From NCBI RefSeq assembly GCF_009914755.1, contig NC_060934.1: a DNA stretch of 64,000 bases, one strand, 5' to 3'. Within the stretch, counting starts at the first letter, position 1, and each line of letters opens with the position of its first letter. The stretch is from the human T2T-CHM13v2.0 reference genome, Homo sapiens. This document shows, in pieces, positions 1-13,314 of the stretch. The notes beneath the pieces were generated by a model. That model ran no database searches and was not told where the DNA came from. It saw nothing but the letters and a program-made list of their open reading frames with translations. The translations under genes and the position numbers were made by a program.

Positions 1-2510
1 GAACATCCACTTCCTCTGTAGAATAGGTAGAAACAAAACCTACCTCTTCCTGACGAAGAACCAGAAAATATTCCCTGCCTCAAACAAGAGCTTTGAAGTC
101 TGTTCCTGGGAGAGAAACAGGAAACTCTCCCACCAAACTCTCTCTTATACATGTATGGCAAAATCTGGTACACTATTAAGGGATGAGAAAACTAAGAAAA
201 CTCCACCTCGTTTACAGACACGCAACGCCTGCCTAGGGTTGTGGCTAGGCCAACATTGCTGAGAATTGTCTCCCAATCCCACCCTGAGCCTTGCACCAAG
301 CAGAAGAAAGTAGTCAAGCAGTGGAGAGTACACATCATAGAGAGAGACCCCACTGTTCATATCCGTGCAAGGTCTGTTGACAGCTTAAGATGAAGCAATA
401 ACATTAAAAGACCACCTAGCAGCCTAGGCAAGCCAGCAGCAGCTCGTAGCTGGAGGAATTTTAAGTCTGTGGTACACTAAATATAACTGTAGCAACAACA
501 AAATCCAAACACAACTCAGCTAACACCTAGGTAGACCCAACATTACAAAATAATGACCTGGAATAGGAAGAAGCAAGCCCATTTACAGTACAAATGCTCT
601 TTGCCTCAGTATCCACTATACTTCTACCCATGATGTCCTTCAGTCAATCAAAAACTATTACACACACACACACACACGTGTGCACGGGTGCACCCAAAAG
701 CAAAGGGGAAAAAAGCTTTCAAGAGTAAGATAGTCAACAGAAACAGAGCCAGAGATGATTCAACTGTTAAAACTAACAGAGTGTGACTTCAAAATAACTA
801 ATCAATATGTTAAAGGATCTATTGGAAAAGTGAACATTTTGCATAAGGAAACGAAGGAACCCCAGATAACTGATGGAGACTATAAAATAGAGCCAAATGG
901 AAATGCTGGCAATAGAAAATACAGTATCACAGATGAAGAATTCCTTCAATTGACACGTTAGCAGACTAGACAAGGCAAGAAAAAATAGTAAATTTGAAGC
1001 TAAATATATTGAAATTACCCAATCTATAAAACAAAAAGGAAAAAGAGTGGAAGTGGGGCATATGGAGCAGAATACCCAAGAGATATGAGACAGTATCAGA
1101 TGGTCTAATATACTTGCAAATATAGTTCCAGAAGGAGGAATGAGGGAAAGACGCAGAAAAAACACAGAAGAGAAAATAAGCATTTTCTGAAATTAATGCA
1201 AGACAGCCAACCAGAAAACCAAGAAGCTAAGAACTTTGAGAAGTGTAGATTAAACAACACACACACACATACACACAGGCGTGCGCACACACACTTCAAC
1301 CCAGGCCAGTTCAAACCACGAGAAAAAACAAGGAGAAAATCCTGAAGTCAGCCGCAGAAAGAAAATGTTATATACAGAGAAACAAAGACAAGAAGTACAG
1401 GAAACTTCTTGTCAGACACTTTGAAAGCCAGAAAATAATAGAGTGACACCTTTAGTATACTGGAGAAAATATGCCAAATGAAAATTTTATAGCCAGAGAA
1501 GATATCTTTTAAAAGGAAGGTAAAACAAAGACTCTTTCATACAAGCAAAAGCTAAGCCAATTCATTGTCAAAGCTGCATGACAAAAAGCATTAAAGGAAG
1601 TTCTTCAGATAGAAGCAGGATGATACCAATTGGAAATTTGGTTCTAGGCAAAGGAATGCAGACCTCCAGAAATTTTAAAATGGTGGTAAATATAAAATAA
1701 TTTTAAATTTTATTTTATTTTAAGAATATTTGAATGTTTAAAGAAAAAACAGTAAAAATATTTTGTGGCTTTATAACATGTAGAATAAAATGTATGACAA
1801 CAAAAGGAGGGGACAGAGGAGATGGAAGCTTACTGTTAGAAGGTTAGCATACAATACTTAAAGTGGCATAGTAGTATTTGAAGATGACTTTGAGAAGTTA
1901 AAGATGTATATTACAAATCCTAGAACAATCATAAAAAGTAAAAAAGTAGTATAACTCATAAGCCAACTGTGATGATAAAATAAAAATATGAAAGCAATTA
2001 ATCCAAAACAGACAGGATATGAGAAAAGAGGAACACGGATAGGTGGGACAAGCAGAAAACCAATAGCAGCATGATATATTGAAACCCAACCGCATCAGAA
2101 ATTACATTAAACATAAAGATTTACACACCCTAAGTAAAAGATATAATCAGATTAGACATAAAAGCAAGACGTAGTAATATCCTATCTGCAAGAAACCTAC
2201 TTTAAATAAGACACATATCAGTTAAAAGTAAAAGAATGAAAAAAGATACACCAAGAAACACTAATTTTTAAAACAAAGCTGGAGTGGCTATATTAATATC
2301 AGACAAAGTAGACTTCGGTGTGGAATATTACCAGAGACAAATATAGGCATTAAACAATAATAAAGAGGTGACTTCATCAAGGAGACATAACTTTAAAAAA
2401 TGTGTATGAGCTTAATAACAGAGCTAAAAAATACATAAACAAAACCAGTCAAAACTTAAAGGAAAATGAACAAATTCACAATTATGGTTAGAGATTTAGA
2501 CTTCACAGTA
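1..2510 (+). mobile_element. Old L1 (L1M-type) fragment: 5' region, decayed ORF1, inter-ORF spacer and start of ORF2 endonuclease
   Basis: A-rich ORF1-like text at 780-1600 (gaaatgctggc...agactagac...gaaattaccc). ORF2 EN-like text at 2090-2500 (ctgcaagaaacctacttt; gctggagtggctatattaatatcagacaaagtagacttc). Heavily disrupted. Confidence 0.8.
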
Positions 2511-2561
2511 TAATTAAAAAGTACCCATTTATGCTGCCTTCCCAGGAGCTTATAGTTCTTT

Positions 2562-3023
2562 TTTTTTTAATACTTTAAGTCTTAGGGTACATGTGCAGAA
2601 CGTGCAGGTTAGTTACATATGTATACACGTGCCATGTTGGTGTGCTGCACCCACTAACTCATCATTTAACATTAGGTATATCTCCTAATGCTATCCCTCC
2701 CTCCTCCCCCCACCCCACAACAGGCACCAGTGTGTGATGTTCCCCTTCCTGTGTCCATGTGTTCTCATTGTTCAATTCCCACCTATGAGTGAGAACATGT
2801 GGTGTTTGGTTTTTTGTCCTTGCGATAGCTTGCTGAGAATGATGGTTTCCAGCTTCATCCATGTCCCTACAAAGGACATGAACTCATTATTTTTTATGGC
2901 TGCATAGTATTCCATGGTGTATAGGTGCCACATTTTCTTAATCCAGTCTATCATTGTTGGACATTTGGCTTGGTTCCAAGACTTTGCTATTGTGAATAGT
3001 GCTGCAATAAACATACGTGTGTA
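2562..3023 (-). mobile_element. 5'-truncated young L1PA (approx. L1PA3/4) 3' end with TSD
   Basis: Near-consensus L1PA 3'UTR and ORF2 C-terminus (ORF 2772-3014 MFIAALFTIAKSWNQ...SLIGGN). Poly-T tail. Exact 13-bp TSD cttatagttcttt at 2549-2561 and 3024-3036. Confidence 0.95.
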
Positions 3024-3574
3024 CTTATAGTTCTTTGGGGGGTGGAGACACTTGGATTTTCTATATGAGAATCTTTGGATGTGTGTGGGATTCCAATGAA
3101 TGTCACAGCAGAGGCACAGGGTTTCATGTGGGCCAACATCAGGAATTATCCAGTCACTTTTTGAGCATCTCTGGCTATTCTAGTTTTTTTCTGCACCTTC
3201 ACAACTTTGGAAGAAATTGACTCAATTCAGCTTGCTTGTACGTTTTTCTTCCTTGTTAATTCATAAGAATTCATCCAACTTTCCTTATGAAGTGTTGTGT
3301 TTGTAGCTTTTGCTCTGTGCATGAAAACTTCAATAACTACTGGTTAAATGGAATGCTGCGAATGAACCTGATATTAATCACTTTAGAGTAATTAATAATA
3401 ACACATAGCAGTGACTCAGATAAAATCACAGCACCGCACAGCTCTCATTGGGTAAGCTTCATATCTGTCTTTATTTGTGGCAAACTGGTTTAACTATAAT
3501 TAAACCAAGTTAGGTGGATAAAGAAGAGAGTGAGAAACTGGCAGGAAACCTTTTATTATTTCATCATTAAAACA

Positions 3575-3795
3575 TTAATAATAACAGTAATAGTAACAGG
3601 TACTGCCTCGTACATTCCAGGCACCGTGCTAATAACTCTGCATTGACTCATTCATCCTCCCAACAGCCCTCTAGGCACAATTACCCTTGTTTTAGGGATG
3701 AAGAATATGAGGCGTGAGGATGTTCTACTTTGCTTGACCAGGTCACCCAGCTAGTAAATCGTAGAGTTGAGGTTCAAATCCAGGTTTGCCTGAAT
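3575..3795 (-). mobile_element. MIR SINE
   Basis: Reverse-complement MIR core: ccaggcaccgtgcta...gatgaagaatatgaggc...ggtcacccagctagtaaat...ggttcaaatccagg. Confidence 0.8.
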
Positions 3796-6700
3796 AAGCA
3801 AACCTCACTTGAGTGTGGTGGTTAAGAACAATGACTTTGAAGCCAAATATTTATTGAACACTCACTTTGCTTAACAAGCCAATTAGAAACTAGAAAGGCA
3901 CGTGGGCCAGCAGTGGCTTTCGCATAGTCTGGTGACAATGCAAACAGCCTCTAACTCATAAAGCCAGCTCCCAGGATCCCAATCAGAGGGCACAGGTAAT
4001 TGGAGGGAGGTTGTGGGTGGTCATTTCAAAGGGCAAACAGATTAAAAATCAACTCTTTTGCCTTCTCTGTAACAGCATTTGTTCTTAGAAATAGAAAAAA
4101 AAAGTAGCCTTTAAAATGACTTCACCATCTGTTTTGAATAATTTTGCATAATATGAATAAGCTTTCTAATTTATCATCTCAGATTAGTATCAGAATTTTT
4201 AAAAGGGGATGCAAAGACTGAATTCTGTTCTTGTTGAGCAGCATTACGTGACTCATTTTGTACGTAAGAGAAACTGAGGTGAAGAGACATAATTTATCCA
4301 CAGTCACTCATTAATTTAGGGGAAATTCAGCAAATACCCAGAGCCTTTGGCCCATGAAGTATTTATAGTTACTTTTCCCGGGATTGTGGGTTGAGGGTGG
4401 TGGGTGCTCTAGGATAGGAGTGCCCCAAGTGCCACCCAGGAGGAGGTGTGACTGTGTCTTTCATCCTCTCTGCACACTCTAGCAAGGATGGGCCAGGCAC
4501 CTGGCCTGTCCCAGACGGAGCTTAGGTGTGATCCTGCAGGTCACACTCTGAATTCCCAGTTGGAAGCTGCACAATCCCTGTCTGCTCCTGGCTGCACACG
4601 CAGCCTTGCACGTGGTTCGCATTGCTGGGCCAAACCGCACCCAGCACAGAGACCTGGCCTCTGGTACCAGGAATGATGTGGGGTTATAAACAATCTGCAC
4701 TGTCTCTGATATATGATGTGAAGGGGAAGATGCCGGGACAAGGGGAAAGGCTGCGAGGATTACTGAGCATTCCATTTCTAATTTCCTGACTCCGTCGTCC
4801 TGCCACGTGGACGTGCCTGGCTTCAGATCCGCCGCGGTGGTTGCGCATGTGTGTGAGAAGGGGTGGGGAATGCCCTCTACCTAAGCCACTTATTTAGAGG
4901 AGGAACCTGCAGCAACTCACTTAAAAACTTCAAAACCCCATTGCGTTTCTACATATTGTTCTTTCACTAATGGATGCATCAGTTTTGAGAAATTTCCTGT
5001 TCCAGTTACGGTGACGTAACCTAACATAATTAACAGTATTGAATTCCAGACAATAAATAACCATTGGAGTATTTATGCCATCTGTAACCTACACACTTAG
5101 CTAGAATGACACTTTATTTTCTTCCATCTTTCTAGTCTTTTGAGGATTATATCATCAAAGTATTCTAAAGATTATATCGTTGAGGAAAATGAACATGGCT
5201 TTTCAAAGGAATGGGAGCCTCGTTGTTTTATGTAGCCTCTAAATTATACACATCAACCATGGAATGCTGCATATGAGTTGACAAAGAAACCCATCAGTTA
5301 CATAAAGAAACTCAGATTATAGTGATTGCCACCCAAGCCAGCTCTGGTAAAGTGAGCAAAAAAACTTCCCTTTTCTTGTTTAGCATCTTTTTTTTTTCAT
5401 GGCTCAAATTGGCACACACTTAGAAAGTGTGCTCACAGGAGAATTTTAATTTATTGATGCGTCTTGCCCCTACTGTACATTCCCAGCTCCTAGCTGAGTG
5501 TAATGGATGAAGCAGATGTTTGACACGCAGCACCTCTTCATAACTTCACTCTTCAAAAACAGTTTTACAAGTACTTACTCGCATCGGTTCCCATTCAGCA
5601 CAGGAAACTGAGGTCATTGTGAAACATGAGGCTCGAGCAGAAGTCTGAACTCATGTGCCCTGCAGCTGGGCCTCCATCTTCTGAGCACGTTAGCAATTTA
5701 TGAAACAGCCATAATTTTCAGCTTATGGACAAAGAAATAAAAGTGTTGACACCATTATTGTAACATCTGTGAAGGGAAAAATATGAGCCGATTTCTAAGT
5801 GCACAAATGGTACCAGAGTTATAAAGATTCTTTTATGCTTAATTGTATTCATTATCAGCAGTAATTATTTCTAACGTGAGCAGTTTCTTCCAATTTAATG
5901 TCAACCTAAAAGGTTAAGACCTTACCATGCAGGCATTTCTACCTCATCATTTGTTAGGTCTGCACAGTCATGCTAATTGGTAAATCAGTAGTTGCTCCTG
6001 CGAGCTCACCTGCCTAGTGGTTTCTCTGGGTAGAGCAGGGCTCTTGGACTGCAATATCACAGGAGGGTACTGCTAGGCAGGGTCTGAAATGAGTTCAAGT
6101 TGTGTGTTTGTCAACGGTGGAGAAATTACTGAAGTTTTCTGTCTCTCCACCCCCACCCAAGCATCCCTGGAAACAAGCTTCTGTAGTTGTGGGTGCTGAT
6201 ACTGAGTTGTGTACTGGGTGAGAAGGCCCTGGAGTGCTCCTGCATGCTGTTGATGGATGAGAAGCTGGCTTAGCTAGCCAAGGCCACGAGGACAGGTCCT
6301 CCGTGTGCCCGCAGATAAATGCCCTGGTGATCCAAGCCCTCTATTCTCAGTAGGCTGAGGGTGGCCTGGAACTTGAAGCTCCATCCAGTATGCAGCCCCC
6401 TTTCCCTGGCTACTCTGTGTACAAAAGATTGCGGCCGTGAAGATGACTTGTGGTGCAGTGGTCGACAGGCCTCCCATAGCACTGGATGAATACATGACAT
6501 CAAGCGCCTGTGTTGTGTGTGTGCTTGGGTGTGTCTGTGCACGTGTGTGCATGTTATAGGAGTGGGGGAGGGGCACAGATAGCTCCATCTCAGCTTTCCA
6601 AATAACCTCTGAGTTAGCTCAAAAATTTGCCCCTAAGTCCCACTTGGAGGTGGATCGCCCCAGGGCATCTTCCCGCAGCCACAGTGAGACATGCAGCCTC

Positions 6701-7025
6701 CTCCCTTGTAGGATGCCAGTCAGGAGCCTGCTGTGGTTTCCTTGGCCCCATCAATCACCTCACTACATAACCTGATTACTTGATGCTGAAAATCAGTTGT
6801 CAAAATACTAGAAACCTGACACTCTCTTTTGTTTCTTAATTTCTCTTCAGCTACTTAAAATCAGCTATCCCTTTGCATTAGCTGTAATACATGCCAGCTT
6901 GCATTCACTCAAGAAAGTCTGTTGTCTACCCTCAGAGATGTAGGGTTCATCAAAGCACAGGTCCTGCCTTTCTTGTTGACCCATTTACCCCAACGCTTAC
7001 AGCTCCTGCAACATATGTACATTCT

Positions 7026-7969
7026 TGTTTTAGCTTAGATTCCCTAGAAAATGATTGAAGCAAGGCATGAGTGCCAATGTTTCACAGAAAAGTGAAATCC
7101 CAGGGCAGCAAGAGTGAGGGAAGAGAGAATTAAATTAGAGGTAAGTGGTAAGCAAAAACAAGGTGATGTATTACACCTCTGGCCTGCTTTCAGTGAACGC
7201 TCAGCTACCGGGCCATCACTTGACAGGTGACTCTCGAAGACAGGTGGATGTCACGGGACAGCTTGTATGGAAAAGCTATGCACAGAGTAATCTGCTGAAT
7301 GGAGCAATGGAGAGGAACTTCTTCCTCTAATATGGTTTGGCTCTGTGTTCCCACCCAAATCCCATCTCAAATTGTAATCCCCATGTGTCTAGGGAGGGAC
7401 CTGGTGGTAGGTGATTGGATCATAGGGGTGGTTTCTCTCATGCTGTTCTCGTGACAGTGAGGGAGTTCTCACAAGATCTGGTGGTTTGATAAGTGTCTGG
7501 CGCTTTCCCCTTCTCTCTCTCTCCTGCCACCATGTAAGACATGCCTTGGTTCCCCTTCACCTTCTGCCACGATTGTAAGTTTCCTGAGGACTCCCAGCCA
7601 TAAAGAACTGTGAGTCAATTAAACCTCCTTTCTTTATAAAATACCCAGTCTCAGGTAGTATCTTTATAGCAGTGTGAGAATGAACTAGTAGACTCCCCAT
7701 CCCCTGTCTACTTCTCCCATAGGTCAAAAGGCTCCCGGCATGAAATTAACACTTCTTTACTTCTGGGTTTCATCACTTGAGGAAGCCAGACTGCAAACCC
7801 TGAAGTTCAAGGCCTATCTACTGGATGCGTCTGTCCCAGATGGCTGGACAACATTGCCCGCAAAACCCATGTGACCATGGGAATTATGAGGGTCAGGAAG
7901 TAGTCCAAGGTCCTGGGTCATGAGTTGTGGACAAGAGAATTTGAGGAGACACAAATGCTGGGTCTGACA
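7026..7969 (-). mobile_element. ERVL LTR (LTR33/LTR16-like), interrupted by a THE1/MST LTR
   Basis: TG...CA ends. Start tgttttagcttagattccctagaaa. Internal cccataggtcaaaagg...ttaac...cttctgggtt matches the recalled LTR33-type pattern. Confidence 0.55.
7328..7692 (+). mobile_element. THE1D/MSTA solo LTR (ERVL-MaLR)
   Basis: tatggtttggctctgtgttcccacccaaat...gtgagtcaattaaacctc...ctttatagcagtgtgagaatgaacta. Confidence 0.9.
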
Positions 7970-8388
7970 ATGATATCTGTTGAATGAATGAAAGTGGCAT
8001 AAAAGGCATATCGATGATAATCCATGCCTTCAATTATTCTCATGTCTCACTGGAAAAGATAGAATTAGGAAGCAGTGAGAAACCATTTAAGGGCCAAAGT
8101 GAAAGAACATCCTTGAGCAAGAATGAAAGTTTGGTGAGGAAGGGTCCAGGGAAGGCAGACACGTTGCTGCCATTCCAAGCACCTGATTTTAACCCAAATT
8201 GTTTTGTACACGTGCCCTTTTATGGTGAATATGTCACAATTTGTGTTATAGTTAATAAGCTGTAATGGCGACATAGCCTGTAAGAATGCATGTAACTGAT
8301 GCTACAGCTTTTTAGAGTGGAGTCTAAACACGTAAATCAAATCACGGTCTGTCTTCACACTCACTTCTTGATTATAAATTATTTCAAA

Positions 8389-8820
8389 TGTAAAATTTCA
8401 AGCTAAAAAGTACAGATTAAAAAGATGGCTTATGCAAAAGAAAATGAAGTAACTAAGGCTAAGGTTTCCTAAAGTGGAGTCAGAGATTGCAGGAGGAGTG
8501 CACTCACACCTGCTAAGGGTCAAACCACAGAATGTTCGAGTAGACTTGAAAAAACAAGGGATGTCGGTATCCCCGGCCTTCAACATCCCCTAGCTGGATG
8601 TACCCTAATTAACCAATCAGAATGGGTTTGCCATTTAGGATTTCTGCCTAGCCAATGGACTACCTCCAGAAACAACGTTTTGTAGAAATCTCCTGTTAGA
8701 AACTTCCCCTGTGCTTGCCTGAGAGGACACTCTTTGGGGCTGGCCTGATTCAGTGTACCCAAACTGCAATTCTTTGTCTACCAAACTAGTGCTACTCCTT
8801 GGACCTCCATGTCAATTTTT
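8389..8820 (+). mobile_element. Probable ERV1-class solo LTR
   Basis: TG start, aaccaatcagaa and gccaat CCAAT boxes, and an aactgcaattcttt 3' motif typical of ERV1 LTRs. Family not assigned. Confidence 0.45.
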
Positions 8821-8825
8821 GTCAA

Positions 8826-9145
<320 letters not shown>

Positions 9146-9229
9146 TAATGCTTATAAAATGCAAGATTTTCTACAATTATTATAGATTGAAAAATTATGG
9201 GTGACTTCCTTTGAAATTTTGCTAGGAGG

Positions 9230-9330
9230 ATCATATTATTATCTTCATTTTGCAGGTAAGGAAACTTAGGTTGGGCACCTTGTCCAAGGCTGCTCTGCTG
9301 GAGTCCTCTGGCTCTAGAGTCTGTGCCTGT
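9230..9330 (-). mobile_element. MIR fragment
   Basis: attattatcttcattttgcaggtaaggaaacttagg...cttgtccaagg. Confidence 0.65.
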
Positions 9331-10417
9331 AGCTTCCAGTCTATGCATCAGCTCAAACAGCACTTGGCTTCAGTACCAGGTAAGGGAGATGACCACCTTA
9401 CGGGCCCTAAAGAAATGAAAGAGGACAATTTGTTTTCATAGGTAGTGTTTTCCAGAAGTGTCTTGAGCAAGAGAGAATCTCTTGATATGGCTTTTCACAG
9501 CCATTCTGATGCTCATTTCGAATCTGTATTCCATTATCCTAGAAGTGGACTAATGGGCTCTTCATCTCATGAGATAAAGTCCATCCACCTAGTCAGCCTC
9601 AGCACTCAGACATCTAAGACCAAGTGTTTAGGACTTCAGTGATCTATGTTTCAATTCTAACTAATTATCACCGGCTATTCTGCTACTCCACAGACAACAC
9701 AGGGATAGAGACAGCCTAACCAACGTGATCATTATTTCTGCCAGGTTGACCAAAAGGCAGTGCCAGAAAACAACTCTACACCCTCAAAGTCATGAGGCTG
9801 AGCCTTCCACAGTGCACCTCTGTTTGATACCCAGTGCCACCTCTAACAGAAAATTATAATAATATGACAATGATTCACTTCCAGAAAGTAATTTGAATCT
9901 GTGCCAATGAGGAATGCCTGCCAGACTGCATTGCACTTGTCTTTCTTCTGCCCACCACAGCAAATTCAGGTCAGATAATTAGCACTCATCTTTATGCCTT
10001 ATGCTTTCTGAATTTCTGCAGTACTATGAGTAGGAGGTAAAAGTTCTGAAACGTTCCATGAGGTTGTTGTTGCCATGGAAACCACTCCCTTGGAATGCTC
10101 ATACTTATTCCCAGTTGTTGAACAGCAGAAGATGCTCCAACCTAAATACTGAGAGTCTTAAAAGCCAGGCGGAAGGCTGGAGGGTGCTGGGGAAGTTCAG
10201 GCTGTCCCCAGAAGGTGACTGTGAGGATAAAACAAATTAGGAAGGAGGAGGACAGAACCCTCGTTCTGCTCCCTGACAGGTGATGGGACTCAGACCCTCA
10301 CACCTGTCCTTGTAACATGTCAATCAGGGAGCTCCACGCCCAGCCTCTATGCTGGGATATGATCTTCCACCAGTGAGAGGCTTGCCTGAGCTGGCCTGAC
10401 TGCTTGTAACTCCCTCC

Positions 10418-10502
10418 CCTGCAGCTGACTGGCTGTATAACCTTGGGTGAGCTGCACCCACTCTCTGGGCTTCAGACTCTGCACCTCTCTAGAAATGAAG
10501 GC
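10418..10502 (+). mobile_element. MIR fragment
   Basis: ctggctgtataaccttgggtgag...ctctctgggcttcag...agaaatgaagg. Confidence 0.6.
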
Positions 10503-11299
10503 ATTGCTTCAGCTGTGCAACAGAAGGACGGAAGTTCCTATGAATGGCTGCTGGGTTTGAGGCCTTCTCTTGTAGTGGATAAAGCAAAAATATCCTACGA
10601 GGTTAGGTTGGGGCTGCCCTGTCTGTAGAAAGAAGCTTGCAGGAGTGATGATAGCATGAGGTCTTTGTTCAGATGTTGCAGAGAGGTGGTTGTTTTGACC
10701 GTCTTTAGTTGGTTTCACAGGAAACCACTATCAGTAAATTTCCCATTTGACTTTAGATCATTTCTAATAACATTGTGAAGAATAGGGACAGTGAGAAAGA
10801 TGAGGCCATTTCAGTCCTTGTAACTGGCTTGAGAGAAGGGCTGATGGGTATATCTATACCTCTTCTAAAGATGAAGAGACAGAGGTTCAAAGAAGCTCAA
10901 TGGCAGTGCGTCACAAGAGGCTCATGTGCCCAGGCCTCCAGTTCTTCCCAGCTCAGCCTTGGGTTTCACACGCTCTCAATTTGAAAGGAAAAACACCCAC
11001 CCAGTTCTCAGTTACCCCATTTAATTGCTAGGAGAAGTGTATAGGTTTTAACTTGAATCTTAGTCCCTTCTAGCTTGTGGGGGACACTGCCAACAGCGAA
11101 TTTAATTGTTCTGGGGAGGCATGAATGTGTGTTAAGCTTTTAAGACATATTCTTGCTAAGTGAAATGTAAAGAGAAAGTCTTTGAACCTGCCCTCCAGGC
11201 TGGAGAGAGAGTACAAGGCCAGCCTGTGGCAAAAGCACAAAGACAGAAAAGGATGAAGAAAGAGAAGCCCTCTCGGAGGAGGACGTGTTGGAGGCAGAA

Positions 11300-13256
11300 T
11301 GCAGCAGTTCCCATAGGCAGACCGTCCAAGAGTAGAGGGAGAACGGGGCAGGTGGATGCTGTCTTAGAGACAAGCCATGGGGGCTTCTGGGTTCTCTGTT
11401 CCAAAACAATGTGGGTAGCCTTTTTTGCACGCTTCCTTTCAATCAGTTGCACCCGAAACTTCACAAGAGCAAAGAGGCTGACAGTTTCTATAGGAAAAGC
11501 TACTTCTTGAACAGTTTCTGAAAGTCTCATTTTAATGTGGAGATGGGAACTTGAGTGGGTATGAGAACAAGAGGGCAGGGAACAGTGCAAAGTTTAAAGA
11601 AAAGCAAAACGGCCCTAAAACATGCATATGACTGATCCTAACTGGAGCATATTTTCCTTGAATTTAAAGTCAACTTATACGACCTTCATGCTGGACTACA
11701 CAGTGAGTATCACAGGCTATGTGGGTTTTGTTTCTGATTTTTCAAGCTCTAAGTAGTTCATTCATATTTGGGAACAAAATATCCCCATTTTAAAATTGAT
11801 TTGTAAATAAAGCTGACTGCAAACCCATTTGGAATTCAAGCCCTTTCATTTGATACAGAATTAAAAAAACAGAAGTCGGCCAGTAGCCATCGGTTGGGAT
11901 GAGTTTCAGGTTTGTTTTTGTTTTTGCTTTAAAATATAGTGCAAAATAATTTGAAGCAAAATTCCCAGGAATATCATCTGGGGCAAAGACAATCGAATGC
12001 TTAATGAAGTCTATTCCTGAGCCTGCTATTTTTATCCCCCGTTCATCTTTGCCAGTGTCATCTCCCGGAGCAGCAGGCGGTGGCTGGGACGGCAGCACAG
12101 AGAAAGCCCGGCACAGGCTCCGCTCAGAGCCTCAGGATGTGGGGAGGCTTCTACAGATGACCAGCTTGGTGGCGTCATCATCCCCACCTGGAGGTGTTTC
12201 TGGGCTGGAACAGAGACACACCCCAAGACATGCCAAGTTCCTGTCTAAGGAACAATCTCCAGTTCCTTGGCAGATTGCTAATAAATATTTCCAGTAGGAA
12301 GGAGACCTTATCTGGAACCAGGAGGCATGTCTGTAAGAAACTCTTATGAAGTTGTCGGGGTTCAAGTTGGCCTTCCTGTTGTTCAACCTGGTGGAGAATG
12401 TTCCTGTGGGCCTTGGCAGCAAGTCAGCATTCTTCGTTGGCATGGAGTCCTAGGAAAAAGAGGTACGGGGCACCTTGAACACACCGGGCAAGCAAAGAAG
12501 AATGCACGCGTCTCCTCTCTCCAGGAAGGGCTCCTTTCAGAGACACGCTTTGTAGCTCAGCTGTTTGGGGGCCGTGGCAGGCACCTGGGCCCTGGTCACA
12601 CAGTGGCTGTGGAGCCTGTCCCTGTCCCTTGGGAGCAGCCTGTGCCTCCAGCTCTTCAGCCTTCCGCTGCTCCCACTTGCTGGCTGTGGCTGTGGCTGGG
12701 TGGCATTTGTTTTTGTCCCAGGGCTGCTGCTGCCAGCCAGCAGGTCTCTGATGTCACCAGCCGCAGGTCTAGGGGTCACCCTGAAAACATGCGCCTCACT
12801 GACCCCCTTACAGCTCCTCTCCTGAGAAGGTTTCTGGGTGCATTTATCCATATGGGGAGCCTCCCCGGCAGGCCACAGGGGAGCAAGGAGAGATTCCTTC
12901 CTGGTTACCCACCCAACCATGCTTCATGCTCCAGACTAAGTAGGTTTTCTGGGTCCTAGTAAAGTCTTCCAATTCCCCCAAGCTGTGAAAGCCCAGAGGC
13001 GGCTGTCATCTTCTGTGCTGTGGCTGTTTCCAAAGCCAGGGCCGCTGTGGGACGCTCTCCCCTGGTTTGCTTTTCATCGGAAGCGGCTGCAGCTCTTCTG
13101 GGCTTTACCGCCGCCGGGGCCCTCCTATTTTCTTCACCATATTGAAAAGGCATTTCCTAAATTCATAATGTTTTAGACACATTGTGGTCTCGGGATTGAA
13201 TTGTGAAGTCTGCATGGACGGGGGTCTGGCCTGCCCTTCAACTCTGCCCCCATTTC
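11300..13256 (-). pseudogene. Candidate decayed large coding exon (block F)
   Basis: Acceptor-like caccaattccttaag|G at 13257/13256. One frame, 12923-11793 (377 codons), has only 3 internal stops (12537, 12450, 12132) and links three ORF-track entries. The 3' end is uncertain. Confidence 0.6.
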
Positions 13257-13314
13257 CTTAAGGAATTGGTGAATGCAGATACTCTACTTTTATATTTTGA
13301 CAGCTGCCTGTGTT

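Larger units (their letters stand above)
6925..7993 (+). mobile_element. L2 3' end split by an LTR insertion (pieces ~6925-7025 and ~7970-7993)
   Basis: The L2 3' terminal text (ttcttgttgaccc...ccccaacgcttacagctcctgcaacata) resumes as atatctgttgaatgaatgaa after the LTR. Confidence 0.6.

Noticed and set aside
2772-3014. 80-aa ORF with a recognisable protein sequence
   Set aside because: It is the C-terminus of L1 ORF2p in a 5'-truncated L1PA, not a host gene.
6270-6588. Two overlapping minus-strand ORFs (90 and 104 aa)
   Set aside because: They start in a CA-rich tract, are GC-rich and lack convincing splice sites. Not enough to add to the pseudo-exon set.
12327-12959. 210-aa plus-strand ORF
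   Set aside because: No recognisable domain. Better explained as an antisense shadow of the GC-rich minus-strand pseudo-exon.
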